A stretch of DNA of 64,000 bases from Thermodesulfobacteriota bacterium (GTDB lineage: Bacteria; Desulfobacterota_D; UBA1144; Nemesobacterales; UBA2774), in NCBI GenBank assembly GCA_965223335.1, contig OZ244991.1, forward strand, positions 1,920,001-1,984,000. Reading direction: 5' to 3'. The first letter of the stretch is position 1. The number at the start of each line of letters is the position of its first letter. Positions 40,277-52,990 of this stretch are shown piece by piece. The position numbers and the translations under genes were made by a program. Under the pieces are notes generated by a model. It did no database searches. It had not been told where the DNA came from and saw only the letters and a program-made list of their open reading frames with translations.

Positions 40277-42967
40277 ATGAGTGATAATAATGCTTTGGCA
40301 GTAAAGTCATCCCTTGAGGTCGGCAGCAATACTTATACCTACTACTCACTGCCCACACTCGCAAAGGAACTAGGCGTAGATATATCTAAACTCCCTTTCT
40401 CGATAAGAATTTTATTGGAAAATGTACTGAGGAATTTTGATGGTAATGTTGTTAACAAAGACCACATAGACGCGCTTGCAAACTGGTCGCCTGAGAACAA
40501 ACAGTCGCAGGAAATCCCCTACAACCCCTCGCGCGTGATTCTGCAGGATTTCACAGGGGTTCCCTGTGTAGTGGACCTCGCAGCTATGCGTGCCGTGGTG
40601 AATCGTCTGGGTGGGGACCCTGATAAGATTAACCCGATAGTCCCGGTTGATCTTGTGATAGACCACTCGGTGCAGGTGGACTATTTTGGGACCTCGGATG
40701 CATTCGAGAAGAACGTGGGGCGGGAATATGAGCGTAACGGCGAGAGGTATGCGTTTTTAAGATGGGCGCAAAAAGCGTTTGATAATTTTAGTGTGGTGCC
40801 CCCGGGCACAGGAATTGTGCACCAGGTGAACCTTGAAAGCCTGGCCAGTGTTGTGGCTTGGAGAGACATAAACGGTGAGACAGTAGCTTTTCCCGACACC
40901 TTAGTGGGCACAGATTCCCACACCACTATGATAAACGGTCTTAGCGTGTTGGGCTGGGGAGTGGGGGGTATTGAGGCCGAGGCGTGTATGCTGGGTCAGC
41001 CGCTCTATATGCTTGTGCCCGATGTTATAGGGTTTAAACTGACCGGCTCGCTAAAAGAGGGAGTCACGGCAACCGACCTTGTGCTTACAGTGACAGATAT
41101 GCTTAGGCAAAAGGGTGTTGTGGGTAAGTTCGTGGAGTTTTATGGCACAGGGCTCAGCGAACTAAGCCTATCTGATAAGGCTACGATCGCTAACATGGCT
41201 CCAGAGTACGGGGCCACTATGGGATTTTTCCCCGTGGACTCTGAAACTATCAGATACCTGAGGGTAACAGGCAGGGATGACAAGCTCATAGAGCTTGTGG
41301 ATGCTTACACTAAGGAGCAGGGACTGTTTAGGACCGATGACACACCCGATCCTGTTTACACAGACACTATATCGCTTGATATCTCTAGCGTTGAGCCCTC
41401 GCTTGCGGGACCTAGTAGACCACAGGACAGGGTGGCGCTTAGCGGTCTTAAGGAATCTTATGAGGATGTACTAAGTCAAAAGCTCGGCAACGGGAGCCCT
41501 GAGCAACTAAACAAAAGCGTTGATGTGCAATTAAACGGCAACAGTGCAAACCTAGGTAACGGCTCAGTCGTGATAGCCGCAATAACAAGTTGTACTAATA
41601 CCTCTAACCCATCTGTTATGGTTGCTGCGGGTTTGGTGGCGAAAAAAGCTGTGGAGCGGGGATTAACCGTAAAACCCACAGTCAAAACGAGTCTGGCTCC
41701 CGGATCGAGGGTGGTAACCGATTACCTGGAGTCTGCAGAGCTGATGCCTTACTTGGAAAAACTGGGGTTTGACCTGGTGGGTTACGGATGCACTACTTGT
41801 ATAGGAAACAGCGGCCCACTGCCCGGGCCTATCGAGGAGGGTATAAGGGATAATGACCTTACCTGTGCAGCGGTGCTAAGCGGCAACAGGAACTTTGAGG
41901 GCAGGGTACACCCTTATGTGAAATTCTCTTACCTGGCATCTCCCCCGCTTGTAGTTTCGTTTGCGTTGGCGGGGTCGGTAGATGTTGATCTGACTACTGA
42001 GCCACTCGGTGAGGACGGCCAGGGCAACCCGGTATTTCTAAAAGATATATGGCCTACACAAGAAGAGGTAAGGAGCACCGTAGAAAAGGTAATTGGACCA
42101 AAAATGTACAGGGCTCAATACGAGCATGTATTCGAGGGTGACGACACTTGGAAATCACTCGCTACACCCGAGGGGGGGCTCTACGAGTGGGACGTTAAAT
42201 CGACCTATATACGTGAGCCGAGTTTCTTTACAGACTTTTCAAGTGAGCTGCCCGAGACGGGTGATATTAAAGGGGCATATGTGCTGGCATTACTGGGTGA
42301 TTCCATTACAACAGACCACATATCCCCGGCGGGCTCTATCCCCAAGGAAGGGCCAGCGGGCAAGTACCTGATCGGCGAGGGTGTGGAGCAAAGGGATTTT
42401 AACAGCTTTGGGTCACGCCGAGGCAACCACGAGGTGATGATAAGGGGCTCGTTTGCTAATATACGAATAAGAAACCTGATGGTACCGGGTACAGAGGGTG
42501 GATACACAGTGCACGTGCCGACAGGGGAGCAGGCTAGCATTTACGATGCATCGATGAAATACCAGTCCGAGGGCATCCCGCTTGTAGTAATTGGAGGCAA
42601 GGAGTACGGTACTGGGAGTTCTAGGGACTGGGCAGCCAAGGGTACTATACTACTTGGTGTAAAGGCCGTTATAGCCGAGAGTTTCGAGAGGATACACAGG
42701 AGTAACCTGGTTGGTATGGGAGTGCTGCCCCTTCAGTTTAAGCCGGGGGAGAGTCGTGAGACACTGGGGCTCAGCGGGTTTGAACGGTACGACATAGAGG
42801 GAGTGACAGAGGGACTTGAGCCGGGAAAGGAACTTAAGGTTACGGTGACTAAGGACGACGGTACTGCTTTTAGTTTTAATGCGGTTTGCAGGCTCGATAG
42901 CCCTGTAGAGGTCGATTACTATAAGAACGGGGGGATTCTACAGACCGTGCTTAGGCAAATGATGTAG
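40277..42967 (+). CDS. acnA: Aconitate hydratase A
   Basis: [40 protein letters not shown] and GSSRDWAAK. Confidence 0.98.
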   Translation: MSDNNALAVKSSLEVGSNTYTYYSLPTLAKELGVDISKLPFSIRILLENVLRNFDGNVVNKDHIDALANWSPENKQSQEIPYNPSRVILQDFTGVPCVVDLAAMRAVVNRLGGDPDKINPIVPVDLVIDHSVQVDYFGTSDAFEKNVGREYERNGERYAFLRWAQKAFDNFSVVPPGTGIVHQVNLESLASVVAWRDINGETVAFPDTLVGTDSHTTMINGLSVLGWGVGGIEAEACMLGQPLYMLVPDVIGFKLTGSLKEGVTATDLVLTVTDMLRQKGVVGKFVEFYGTGLSELSLSDKATIANMAPEYGATMGFFPVDSETIRYLRVTGRDDKLIELVDAYTKEQGLFRTDDTPDPVYTDTISLDISSVEPSLAGPSRPQDRVALSGLKESYEDVLSQKLGNGSPEQLNKSVDVQLNGNSANLGNGSVVIAAITSCTNTSNPSVMVAAGLVAKKAVERGLTVKPTVKTSLAPGSRVVTDYLESAELMPYLEKLGFDLVGYGCTTCIGNSGPLPGPIEEGIRDNDLTCAAVLSGNRNFEGRVHPYVKFSYLASPPLVVSFALAGSVDVDLTTEPLGEDGQGNPVFLKDIWPTQEEVRSTVEKVIGPKMYRAQYEHVFEGDDTWKSLATPEGGLYEWDVKSTYIREPSFFTDFSSELPETGDIKGAYVLALLGDSITTDHISPAGSIPKEGPAGKYLIGEGVEQRDFNSFGSRRGNHEVMIRGSFANIRIRNLMVPGTEGGYTVHVPTGEQASIYDASMKYQSEGIPLVVIGGKEYGTGSSRDWAAKGTILLGVKAVIAESFERIHRSNLVGMGVLPLQFKPGESRETLGLSGFERYDIEGVTEGLEPGKELKVTVTKDDGTAFSFNAVCRLDSPVEVDYYKNGGILQTVLRQMM

Positions 42968-42971
42968 TTCT

Positions 42972-43001
42972 GGGTACGTAATCAGCTCGGATTACGTACT
43001 T
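42972..43001 (+). other. Stem-loop immediately after the acnA stop (no U-tract)
   Basis: GTACGTAATC-agctcg-GATTACGTAC forms a perfect 10-bp stem, extendable by two G-U pairs. Confidence 0.6.
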
Positions 43002-43137
43002 AGCGTGCCGTCTAATCATGTCTTGGTGTGGAGCGAAAGTTAGATAAATCTGTTGCGAACGGAGCACTTATATCATTTGTATTATTAAGCTTTATTGATT
43101 ATATTTTCAGTCCAAAAATTTGAGAGGAGCATTGTTA

Positions 43138-44388
43138 ATGTCAGCTGATAGACCAAGTGAAGGCGAGATAATAACTATAGATACAGAAAACAAACGCATC
43201 AATGTGCCCGACACCCCGATTATTCCATTTATTGAGGGTGACGGCATAGGGCCAGACATATGGCATGCATCGCAAATCGTGTTTGATGCAGCTGTAGAGA
43301 AGGCGTATGGTGGGAAGAGAAAAATTGTTTGGCATGAGGTGCTTACCGGCGAAAAAGCCTATGAGCAAACTGGGGAATGGCTGCCTGACCAGACTATAGA
43401 AGACATAAGAAAATATGTAGTTGCAATAAAAGGCCCCTTGACCACACCTATCGGAGGGGGGATCCGGAGCTTAAACGTTGCTCTTAGACAGATACTGGAT
43501 CTCTATGCCTGTGTGCGCCCTGTGCGTTATCTGAAAGGCACACCGTCGCCGGTTAAAAAACCTGAAAACATGGATATGGTTATCTTTCGAGAGAACACAG
43601 AGGACGTGTACTCGGGGATCGAGTGGGAGAGCGGCAGTAAAGAAGCCACAGATATCCGCAATTATCTAGTTGATAAGTACGGAGTGAACATAAGGGAGGG
43701 GTCGGGAATCGGAATAAAGCCCATAAGCCCCGTAGGCAGTAAGAGGCTTGTAAAGAAAGCGCTCGAGTATGCAATCGATCGTGGAAGAGAAAGTGTGACA
43801 CTTGTGCATAAGGGCAACATCATGAAGTACACCGAAGGTGCCTTTAGAGACTGGGGATATGAAGCGGCTAAGGAGTATTTTGGCAGCGAGGTTATTACAG
43901 AGGATGATCTTTGGGATAACTTTGATGGTAAAGCACCCGAGGGTAGCGTGGTTATAAAGGATAGGATTGCGGATAACATGCTCCAGCAGATTTTAACCAG
44001 AACTAGAGACTACGACATATTGGCTACCCCGAACTTAAACGGTGATTACCTCTCGGATGCATGTGCAGCCCAGGTAGGCGGGCTCGGGATGGCCCCCGGG
44101 GGCAACATCGGGGACTATTTGGCGCTGTTCGAAGCCACTCACGGCACGGCACCCAAGTATGCAGGGCAGGACAAGGTGAACCCCACATCTGTAATATTAT
44201 CGGGGGTAATGATGCTCGAGTATCTGGGTTGGGACGAGGCTGCGGACCTGATTGTAAACGCCATAGAGAAAACAATACTGAGCAAGCGGGTCACATACGA
44301 TCTGGAGCGTCAGCTTGAGAACGCAACCCTGCTTAAATGTTCTGAGTTTGGTGAAGCAATCGCAGAGTCGATGGACGGGCTGGTATAG
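43138..44388 (+). CDS. icd: Isocitrate dehydrogenase (NADP, prokaryotic dimeric type)
   Basis: [34 protein letters not shown] and HGTAPKYAG. Start at ATG 43138 after GAGGAG. Confidence 0.97.
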   Translation: MSADRPSEGEIITIDTENKRINVPDTPIIPFIEGDGIGPDIWHASQIVFDAAVEKAYGGKRKIVWHEVLTGEKAYEQTGEWLPDQTIEDIRKYVVAIKGPLTTPIGGGIRSLNVALRQILDLYACVRPVRYLKGTPSPVKKPENMDMVIFRENTEDVYSGIEWESGSKEATDIRNYLVDKYGVNIREGSGIGIKPISPVGSKRLVKKALEYAIDRGRESVTLVHKGNIMKYTEGAFRDWGYEAAKEYFGSEVITEDDLWDNFDGKAPEGSVVIKDRIADNMLQQILTRTRDYDILATPNLNGDYLSDACAAQVGGLGMAPGGNIGDYLALFEATHGTAPKYAGQDKVNPTSVILSGVMMLEYLGWDEAADLIVNAIEKTILSKRVTYDLERQLENATLLKCSEFGEAIAESMDGLV

Positions 44389-44456
44389 ACGGGACTAACG
44401 GATTTAAACTGGGTCGAATTTTAATCATTCTAAAATAATTTGAACTTAATTGATAA

Positions 44457-45413
<957 letters not shown>

Positions 45414-45439
45414 TGTAAGCAAGGGATGCGGACATCGGC

Positions 45440-45467
45440 TTGACATAATACTCTCGTGATATAACAT
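45440..45467 (+). promoter_or_regulatory. Putative sigma70 promoter for sdh operon
   Basis: TTGACA-16nt-TAACAT, with an overlapping TG-n-TATAAC. Confidence 0.55.
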
Positions 45468-45546
45468 AACAAACCGATTTCACATAGATAGATTCCAGAT
45501 TAAGCATCGACTATGCGCATAGCGAGCAAACTTAGGAGGGTTTCAA

Positions 45547-46278
45547 ATGGGCAACGGAGCTTCACCTAACACACTGACTCTGAGGAAGGATGCTTGGTGG
45601 GCTGCACCTGCAGTAACAGCTATTATACTTACTGCTTTTGGAATATATTCTACGCTTAGGGCATATATGGATGCCCATTTTCTTGTCGAGCCGTATCTAT
45701 CCCCGTTTTACTCACCCTATATACTTTTAGACTGGTGGAAGTTTTCCCCTGCTTTTCTGATCCTATGGGCCCCGCTTGGGTTCAGGGCAACATGTTACTA
45801 CTACCGTAAGGCCTACTACCGATCTTTCTTTATGTCGCCACCGGCCTGTGCAGTTAAACCACTGGCCAAAGAGGGCAGTTACAAGGGCGAGACGGTATTC
45901 CCCTTCATACTCCAGAACATTCACAGGTTCTTTTTCTATGCAGCTACGGTTGTGCTTATATTCCTTTGGATTGACGCATTTAAAGCATTCTCGTTTGAAG
46001 ACGGGTTCGGTATAGGTGTAGGAACAATTGTGCTTGTTGTAAATGCGTTTCTATTGAGTATGTATTCACTGTCTTGCCATTCGTTCCGCCACTTAGTGGG
46101 CGGGAACCTAGATGTATTTTCGAGCTGCCCCATAAGGTTTGCGATCTGGGGCAAAGCAAGTGCCTTGAACGAGCACCATATGTTTTGGGCATGGGTAAGT
46201 CTGTTTAGCGTAGCATTGGCTGATCTTTACATATACTTGCTCTCATTGGGCATAATAACCGACGTGAGGTTTATCTAA
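45547..46278 (+). CDS. Succinate dehydrogenase membrane anchor, mycobacterial Sdh1 (Rv0249c-like, type F)
   Basis: YLSPFYSP, GFRATCYYYRKAYYRSF, PPACAV, QNIHR, SCHSFRH and HM.WAW. Single anchor gene before sdhA. Confidence 0.85.
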   Translation: MGNGASPNTLTLRKDAWWAAPAVTAIILTAFGIYSTLRAYMDAHFLVEPYLSPFYSPYILLDWWKFSPAFLILWAPLGFRATCYYYRKAYYRSFFMSPPACAVKPLAKEGSYKGETVFPFILQNIHRFFFYAATVVLIFLWIDAFKAFSFEDGFGIGVGTIVLVVNAFLLSMYSLSCHSFRHLVGGNLDVFSSCPIRFAIWGKASALNEHHMFWAWVSLFSVALADLYIYLLSLGIITDVRFI

Positions 46279-46279
46279 G

Positions 46280-48001
46280 ATGGAGAAGTTTGAGACTCAT
46301 TCTTATGATGTAATTGTAATCGGAGCAGGTGGTGCGGGGCTGCGTGCAGCAATCGAGGCCTCGGCCAGAGGGGCATCCGTGGGACTTATATGCAAATCGC
46401 TTTTGGGCAAGGCCCACACAGTTATGGCTGAAGGCGGGGTAGCGGCAGCGCTTGCGAACGTGGACGTAAAGGACGACTGGAAGACCCATTTCAAGGACAC
46501 AATGAAGGGTGGGAAGATGCTTAACAACTGGCGTATGGCACAGCTCCACGCCCAGGAAGCACCCGACCGTGTCAAGGAACTAGAGCATTGGGGCGCACTG
46601 TTTGATAGGACTAAAGAGGGAAAGATTATGCAGAGGGCCTTTGGTGGCCACACATGGAAGCGTCTTTGCCACGTAGGCGACCGCACTGGGCTCGAGATGA
46701 TCCGCACACTGCAGGATAAGGGTATACACACAGGCATTGATGTTCATATGGAATGCACTATTACGAGTTTGTTAAAGGACGGAGAGAGGATAAGCGGGGC
46801 TTTCGGCTATTGGAGAGAGAGCGGCAGGTTTGTTGTATTCAACTCAAAGGCCGTGGTGCTTGCGACCGGGGGTATTGGTAAGTCGTACAAGGTGACCTCG
46901 AATTCCTGGGAGTACACAGGGGACGGCCATGCTCTGGCATATGAGGCGGGCGCTGATCTGATAGATATGGAGTTTGTACAGTTCCACCCCACGGGGATGG
47001 TATGGCCCGCGAGTGTGAAAGGAATCCTCGTGACCGAGGCTGTTAGAGGCGAGGGCGGGATACTTAGAAACAGCGAAGGCGAGAGGTTTATGGAGAAATA
47101 CGATCCCGAGCGCATGGAGCTTTCCACAAGAGACGTTGTGGCCAGGTCTATCTACACCGAGGTGCAGGAAGGCAGAGGCTCACCCCACGGCGGGGCGTTT
47201 TTGGATATCTCGCACAGGGGCGGGGACTATGTGAAGAAAAAACTCCCCAGCATGTACCACCAGTTTATGGAGTTTGCCGAGATTGATATCACAAAAGACC
47301 CGATGGAGGTATTCCCCACTACACACTATGTGATGGGCGGGGTGCGCGTGGATGCCGAGACTACAGGTACTACGGTGCCAGGGCTGTTTGCCGCCGGTGA
47401 GGTTGCAGGTGGGATGCACGGGGCTAACAGACTCGGGGGGAATTCGTTATCGGACCTCTTGGTGTTTGGGTGTCGTGCCGGTGCGGGTGCAAGTGATTAT
47501 GCAAACGAGATAGGTGATAACACATTAAAGATAAACGAAGAAGACATTGATAGAGCATCAAAGGAGATGCAGGAGCCGTTTCAGAACGAGGACGGTGAAA
47601 ACCCCTACACGCTTCACCAGGCCCTACAGGATGCTATGGGTGATTTTGTCGGCGTGTTCCGTACACATGAGAAGATTAGCGAAGGAGTACAACAGATCGA
47701 TATACTTAAGGAACGTGCCACCAAGCTAAAGGTAGAGGGCTCTAGACTCTTTAATCCCGGATGGCACCTCAGCCGAGACCTTAAATCAATGTTAATTGTA
47801 TCAGAGGCTATTGCACGCTGTGCACTCCAAAGAGAGGAAAGCAGAGGGGCACACAGCAGGGTGGACTTCCCCGACCCCGACGATGATAAGTGGGGCACGG
47901 TGAACTCTGTGGTGTCTAAAAACGGAGACGGAATGAACATAAGCACATCTCAGTTACCCCAAATGCCCGAGGAGCTAAAGAGGCTCTTTGACGGAGGATA
48001 A
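46280..48001 (+). CDS. sdhA: Succinate dehydrogenase/fumarate reductase flavoprotein
   Basis: GAGGAGLRAA, AHTVMAEGG (covalent-FAD His), QFHPTG, HYVMGG and HGANRLGGNSL. Confidence 0.95.
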   Translation: MEKFETHSYDVIVIGAGGAGLRAAIEASARGASVGLICKSLLGKAHTVMAEGGVAAALANVDVKDDWKTHFKDTMKGGKMLNNWRMAQLHAQEAPDRVKELEHWGALFDRTKEGKIMQRAFGGHTWKRLCHVGDRTGLEMIRTLQDKGIHTGIDVHMECTITSLLKDGERISGAFGYWRESGRFVVFNSKAVVLATGGIGKSYKVTSNSWEYTGDGHALAYEAGADLIDMEFVQFHPTGMVWPASVKGILVTEAVRGEGGILRNSEGERFMEKYDPERMELSTRDVVARSIYTEVQEGRGSPHGGAFLDISHRGGDYVKKKLPSMYHQFMEFAEIDITKDPMEVFPTTHYVMGGVRVDAETTGTTVPGLFAAGEVAGGMHGANRLGGNSLSDLLVFGCRAGAGASDYANEIGDNTLKINEEDIDRASKEMQEPFQNEDGENPYTLHQALQDAMGDFVGVFRTHEKISEGVQQIDILKERATKLKVEGSRLFNPGWHLSRDLKSMLIVSEAIARCALQREESRGAHSRVDFPDPDDDKWGTVNSVVSKNGDGMNISTSQLPQMPEELKRLFDGG

Positions 48002-48006
48002 TATTA

Positions 48007-48732
48007 ATGTCTGTTGCAAAACTAAGAGTATACCGCGGGGATAATGAGGGCGGTGAAGAGGTAGAGTACGAAGTACCCGTAGAGGAGGGGATGGTAGTAC
48101 TGGATGCCATCCACTACATTCAGGCTCACCATGACGGGGACCTTGCCGTCAGGTGGAACTGTAAAGCGGCAAAGTGTGGATCTTGCAGTGCAGAGATTAA
48201 CGGTATGCCGAAGCTCACATGTAAGACACGTATGGATAGCCTGCCGCTCAATGAACCTATCACCGTTTACCCGGTAAAGACCTTTCCAATTATGAAAGAC
48301 TTGGTGGCGGACGTTTCATGGAACTATGAGACCCGCAAGAAATTGCCGCCTTTTACTCCTGCCCCGGATACGGAGTGGACAATGTACCAGGAGGATGTGG
48401 AGCGTTCGCAGGAGTTTAGGAAGTGCATCGAGTGTTTTCTATGTCAAAACGTTTGTCATATTTTAAGAAACCATGATAAGAAACAGGAGTTTTTCGGCCC
48501 TCGTATGATGATAAAGCTAGCCGAGTTTGAGATGCACCCGCTTGACACACTTGACCGTAGGGACATGCTTCGCGAGGAAGCAGGTCTCGGGTACTGTAAC
48601 ATTACGAAATGCTGCACTGATGTGTGCCCAGAGAGTATTCATATTACGGACAATGCCATAATACCGCTTAAAGAGCGTGTGGCGGACAAGTTTTTTGACC
48701 CGATCGCATGGCTATTAAGCAAGCTTAAGTAG
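48007..48732 (+). CDS. sdhB: Succinate dehydrogenase iron-sulfur subunit
   Basis: CKAAKCGSC...C, CIECFLCQNVC and CNITKCCTDVCP clusters. Confidence 0.95.
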   Translation: MSVAKLRVYRGDNEGGEEVEYEVPVEEGMVVLDAIHYIQAHHDGDLAVRWNCKAAKCGSCSAEINGMPKLTCKTRMDSLPLNEPITVYPVKTFPIMKDLVADVSWNYETRKKLPPFTPAPDTEWTMYQEDVERSQEFRKCIECFLCQNVCHILRNHDKKQEFFGPRMMIKLAEFEMHPLDTLDRRDMLREEAGLGYCNITKCCTDVCPESIHITDNAIIPLKERVADKFFDPIAWLLSKLK

Positions 48733-48775
48733 ATTCAGTCATAACAAATTATCAATCCCTGGAGGGTCGTGGTAA

Positions 48776-49939
48776 GTGAACATACACGAGTATCAAGCTA
48801 AAGAAATACTATCTCAATACGGGGTGAGGGTCCCTGCGGGAAAAGTGGCTTTTGACCCCGAAGAAGCCCATCAAATTGCCACCGGCCTCGATGTTGAAAA
48901 AGTGGTCGTCAAGGCACAGATCCATGCAGGGGGGCGAGGAAAAGGAGGGGGAGTTAAGCTCGCAAGCAGCGTGGATGAGGTAAAGGATATAGCGTCAGAA
49001 ATACTAGGGATGCAGCTTGTAACACACCAGACAGGGCCCGAAGGGAAGCTTGTGGGCAAGGTGCTTGTAGAAGAGGCATCTGCAATAGAGAAAGAGTTTT
49101 ACCTGGGAATGGTAATAGATAGGGCTACAGAGAGGATAGTGGTGATGGCAAGCCCTGAGGGCGGGATGGAAATCGAAGAAGTAGCAAGAGAAACACCAGA
49201 GAAAATACTAAAGATATACGTTGACCCGACCGTGGGTCTACAACCTTTCCAATGCCGTCAGATTGCCTACTTCTTGGGTCTTACGGGCAAAACCGTAAAC
49301 AAGACGGTGAAGTTTATACTGGGTCTATATAGTGCTTTTACGGAAAAGGACTGTTCATTGGCCGAGATAAACCCACTTGTACTTACCTCGGACGGCGAGG
49401 TGCTGGCGCTTGATGCAAAGATGAACTTTGATGATAATGCACTCTTTCGTCACCCTGATGTAGAGAAGTATCATGACCCAGAAGAGGATGACCCAACGGA
49501 GCTAGAGGCCAAGGACTGGGGCATAAGCTATGTTAAGCTCGATGGAAACATTGGGTGTTTGGTAAACGGAGCGGGGCTAGCGATGGCCACAATGGACATA
49601 ATTAAATTCCACGGGGGTGAGCCGGCTAACTTTTTGGATGTCGGTGGGGGTGCAACGACCGAACAGGTCACCCAGGCGTTTAAGATGATTTTGAGCGACC
49701 CGAATGTAAAAGCAATCTTTGTCAACATATTCGGCGGTATTATGAAATGCGATACCATAGCCGAGGGCATCATAAGTGCTGCGACTGAGGTGGGGATAGA
49801 GGTGCCTTTAGTGGTAAGGCTCGAGGGGACTAACGTTGAATTGGGTAGAGAATTGTTAGCGGAATCCGGTTTGAACCTTATTACAGGGTCAGATATGCGG
49901 GAGGCAGCAGCAAAGGTAGTCGAGGCTGCTGGGGGGTAG
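48776..49939 (+). CDS. sucC: Succinyl-CoA synthetase beta subunit
   Basis: [43 protein letters not shown] and NIFGGIM. Confidence 0.96.
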   Translation: MNIHEYQAKEILSQYGVRVPAGKVAFDPEEAHQIATGLDVEKVVVKAQIHAGGRGKGGGVKLASSVDEVKDIASEILGMQLVTHQTGPEGKLVGKVLVEEASAIEKEFYLGMVIDRATERIVVMASPEGGMEIEEVARETPEKILKIYVDPTVGLQPFQCRQIAYFLGLTGKTVNKTVKFILGLYSAFTEKDCSLAEINPLVLTSDGEVLALDAKMNFDDNALFRHPDVEKYHDPEEDDPTELEAKDWGISYVKLDGNIGCLVNGAGLAMATMDIIKFHGGEPANFLDVGGGATTEQVTQAFKMILSDPNVKAIFVNIFGGIMKCDTIAEGIISAATEVGIEVPLVVRLEGTNVELGRELLAESGLNLITGSDMREAAAKVVEAAGG

Positions 49940-50060
49940 ATCACGCTTTTTTCAATAAATTAGGTGCTCTCTGACTCAACTTGAACGTGATTAACTATAA
50001 TGCTTTCGTAACTGCTTGAAATAGCATAATTATTTTTGAACATCCTCCATATTTCACCCC

Positions 50061-50088
50061 TTGACATCCGTATAATCGTGATTAGTTT
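50061..50088 (+). promoter_or_regulatory. Putative sigma70 promoter for rpoH-dnaK
   Basis: TTGACA-16nt-TAGTTT followed by SD AAGGAGG (50094-50100). Confidence 0.4.
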
Positions 50089-50109
50089 TGATTAAGGAGG
50101 TTTGATTAT

Positions 50110-51006
50110 ATGAGAGGTTTAGTTACAAGAGACCCGTTAAACATATTTTTGAGCGAGGTTAGCCAATATCCGGTCCTAAGCAGGGATGAGGAGAGGGCAC
50201 TTGCCATAAAATACTATGAAGATAAGGACCTGGAATCCGCCAACAAGCTGGTGGTAGCAAACCTTAGGTTCGTTGTGAAAATTGCATCTGAGTATGTTTC
50301 TTATGGATTTCCTATGGTGGATCTGATCCAGGAAGGTACCATGGGGCTTATGAAAGCGATCAAGAAATTTAACCCCCACAGGGGATACAGGTTGATATCA
50401 TATGCGGTGTGGTGGATAAAGGCCAAGATCCAGAGCTATATAATGAAGTTTTGGAGTCAGGTTAAAATTGGTACCACGCAGGCTGAGAGAAAGTTGTTTC
50501 AAAAGATTAGCAAGGCTAAAAAGAAGCTTAATATTGAGAGCGAGACGTTAAGCGAAGATGAGGTAAAGCAGGTAGCGGAGCTTTTCGGGGTTAAGGAAAG
50601 TGAAGTGATCGATATAGAGCTTAGAACGGCTTCAAGGGATTTCTCGCTCGATTCAAATGTATCAGACGACGGTTCTACTACATACTTGGAGTCACTTGCG
50701 GATGAATCGACCGTAAACCCCGAGGATTATATAGAAGTGGTGCAATCATCGGAGCTCGCAAGAGAATTGATGGAAGAGGGCCTAGAAACTCTCACACCCA
50801 GGGAAAAGCACATTATCGAGAGCAGATATATGGCTGAGCCCGCGCTTAAACTTAGAGAGCTTGCGGACGAACTGGGTATCTCGAAGGAGAGGGTTCGTCA
50901 GCTAGAGGTACAAGCTTTAAATAAATTAAGAGGTTCGATGGAAAGTGGTAACCTCTATGAAAAATCAACACAAAACGAAAAAGAATATAGATTAGGAGGT
51001 AGATAA
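50110..51006 (+). CDS. rpoH: Sigma-32 (RpoH)-family sigma factor
   Basis: NLRFVVKIA, DLIQEG, RLISYAVWWIKA, RpoH-box-like VKIGTTQAERKLF and ISKERVRQLE. No region 1.1. Confidence 0.82.
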   Translation: MRGLVTRDPLNIFLSEVSQYPVLSRDEERALAIKYYEDKDLESANKLVVANLRFVVKIASEYVSYGFPMVDLIQEGTMGLMKAIKKFNPHRGYRLISYAVWWIKAKIQSYIMKFWSQVKIGTTQAERKLFQKISKAKKKLNIESETLSEDEVKQVAELFGVKESEVIDIELRTASRDFSLDSNVSDDGSTTYLESLADESTVNPEDYIEVVQSSELARELMEEGLETLTPREKHIIESRYMAEPALKLRELADELGISKERVRQLEVQALNKLRGSMESGNLYEKSTQNEKEYRLGGR

Positions 51007-52953
51007 ATGGCTAGTAGTGGAAAAATTATCGGAATAGACCTTGGAACCACGAACTCTGTTGTTGCGATAGTGGAAGGGGGAGAGCCGAAAGTAATTATTA
51101 ACGAAGAGGGGGCGAGGGTTACACCGTCGGTCGTAGCGTTTACTAAAGAGGGTGAGGTGCTTGTAGGGGGTCCGGCCAAACGCCAGGGTGTGGTAAACCC
51201 CGAGAACACCATCTTTTCTGCTAAACGAATGATGGGTAGACGGTATGAAGAGGTAGAGGGTGAGGCTGAGAGCCTGCCTTATAAATTAGTCAAAAATAAA
51301 AACGGTGATGCGTGGTTTGAGGCGCAGGGAGCTGAGTATTCGCCGCCGCAGATATCCTCGCACATACTGATGAAACTTAAAAAAGCCGCCGAGGACTACC
51401 TGGGTGGAGAGGTGACCGACGCTGTGATCACGGTGCCGGCCTACTTTAACGACAGCCAGCGCCAGGCAACTAAAGACGCGGGGAAAATCGCTGGGCTTGA
51501 GGTAAAGCGTATAATCAACGAGCCCACAGCCGCGGCCCTTGCCTATGGATTCGACAAGAAAAGCGAGGGAGTGATAGCGGTGTATGACCTGGGTGGGGGT
51601 ACGTTTGATATCTCGATACTAGAGGTAGGGGATAACGTGATCGAGGTTAAGTCCACAAACGGCGATACGCACCTTGGGGGCGATGATTTTGATAGACAGG
51701 TAATGGAGTACATTATAGATGAGTTCAAAAAAGAGTCGGGCATTGACCTGAGTGGCGATAAAATGGCGCTCCAGAGGCTTCGCCAGGAGGCAGAGAAGGC
51801 TAAGATTGAGCTATCTAATACACTGGAGACTGAGATTAACCTGCCGTTTATCACTGCGGATTCAGCAGGCCCGAAACACCTGGTCATGAAGCTCACACGT
51901 GCTAAGTTTGAGCAGCTGGTAGAAGACTCTATCAGGGGAACACTCGAGCCCTGTCGCCAAGCACTCAAAGACGCAGGGATGAAAGCAGGTGACATAAACG
52001 AAGTTATACTCGTCGGTGGGTCCACAAGGATACCGCTAGTACAGAAAGTGGTAACGGACTTTTTTGGCAAAGAGCCGCACAAGGGTATTAACCCTGACGA
52101 AGTAGTGGCTATGGGTGCCGCGATACAGGGTGCGGTGCTGGGAGGCGAGGTAAGGGATGTACTGCTCCTGGACGTGACACCGCTCTCATTAGGTATAGAA
52201 ACTCTAGGCGGGGTTATGACGAGGATTATCGAGAGAAACACAACTATCCCTTCCAAAAAGAGCCAGGTGTTTACAACTGCAGAGGACAACCAGACCTCGG
52301 TTGAGATTCATGTGCTCCAGGGTGAGCGTCAGATGGCAAACGACAACCGCACGCTTGCCAAGTTTATACTGGATGGAATCCCGCCTGCATCGAGAGGAAT
52401 CCCTCAGGTCGAGGTTACGTTTGATATAGACGCTGACGGCATATTACACGTATCCGCCAAAGACACTGCCACTCAAAAAGAGCAGAAGGTCCGTGTCGAG
52501 GCCTCGAGCGGTCTTAGCACAGAAGAGGTTGACCAAATGGTTAAGGACGCTGAAGAGAAGTCGGAAGAGGATAAGATGCGCCACGACCTGGTAGAGGGTA
52601 GAAACAAACTGGATGAGCTCATATACAGGACCGATAAGAGCTTTAAGGAGTTTGAGGACAAGCTCTCGGATGAAGATAAACAGGAGCTGGAAGAAGCACT
52701 GGAAGAGGGACGAAACGCTGTTAAGGGTGATGACCCCGAGCAGATCAGTGCCTCTACGGAGAAGATCACACAGGCTTCGCATAAGCTTGCAGAGCTTATG
52801 TACAAGCAGCAGGACGGTGGTGAGGCCGAAGCCGGTACGGAACCCGGCGCAGAAACCGAGGCCCCGGAAGAAGATGTGGCAGAAGAACCTACAGAGGGGA
52901 AAGATGATGGCGACGGTGATGACGTCATAGACGCTGAGTTCACAGAAAAATAG
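51007..52953 (+). CDS. dnaK: Chaperone DnaK (canonical copy)
   Basis: [38 protein letters not shown] and C-terminal DVIDAEF. Confidence 0.97.
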   Translation: MASSGKIIGIDLGTTNSVVAIVEGGEPKVIINEEGARVTPSVVAFTKEGEVLVGGPAKRQGVVNPENTIFSAKRMMGRRYEEVEGEAESLPYKLVKNKNGDAWFEAQGAEYSPPQISSHILMKLKKAAEDYLGGEVTDAVITVPAYFNDSQRQATKDAGKIAGLEVKRIINEPTAAALAYGFDKKSEGVIAVYDLGGGTFDISILEVGDNVIEVKSTNGDTHLGGDDFDRQVMEYIIDEFKKESGIDLSGDKMALQRLRQEAEKAKIELSNTLETEINLPFITADSAGPKHLVMKLTRAKFEQLVEDSIRGTLEPCRQALKDAGMKAGDINEVILVGGSTRIPLVQKVVTDFFGKEPHKGINPDEVVAMGAAIQGAVLGGEVRDVLLLDVTPLSLGIETLGGVMTRIIERNTTIPSKKSQVFTTAEDNQTSVEIHVLQGERQMANDNRTLAKFILDGIPPASRGIPQVEVTFDIDADGILHVSAKDTATQKEQKVRVEASSGLSTEEVDQMVKDAEEKSEEDKMRHDLVEGRNKLDELIYRTDKSFKEFEDKLSDEDKQELEEALEEGRNAVKGDDPEQISASTEKITQASHKLAELMYKQQDGGEAEAGTEPGAETEAPEEDVAEEPTEGKDDGDGDDVIDAEFTEK

Positions 52954-52990
52954 ACCCAACCGATTTAAACTGAATAGAGTAAAATCGTGT

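Noticed and set aside
49980..50076. Sigma-32-type promoter (CTTGAA...CCCCAT) or a TTGACA/TATAAT pair upstream of rpoH
   Set aside because: The CTTGAA/TTTGAA copies are not 13-17 nt from the CTCCAT-like box, and TTGACA and TATAAT at 50061/50071 are only 4 nt apart.
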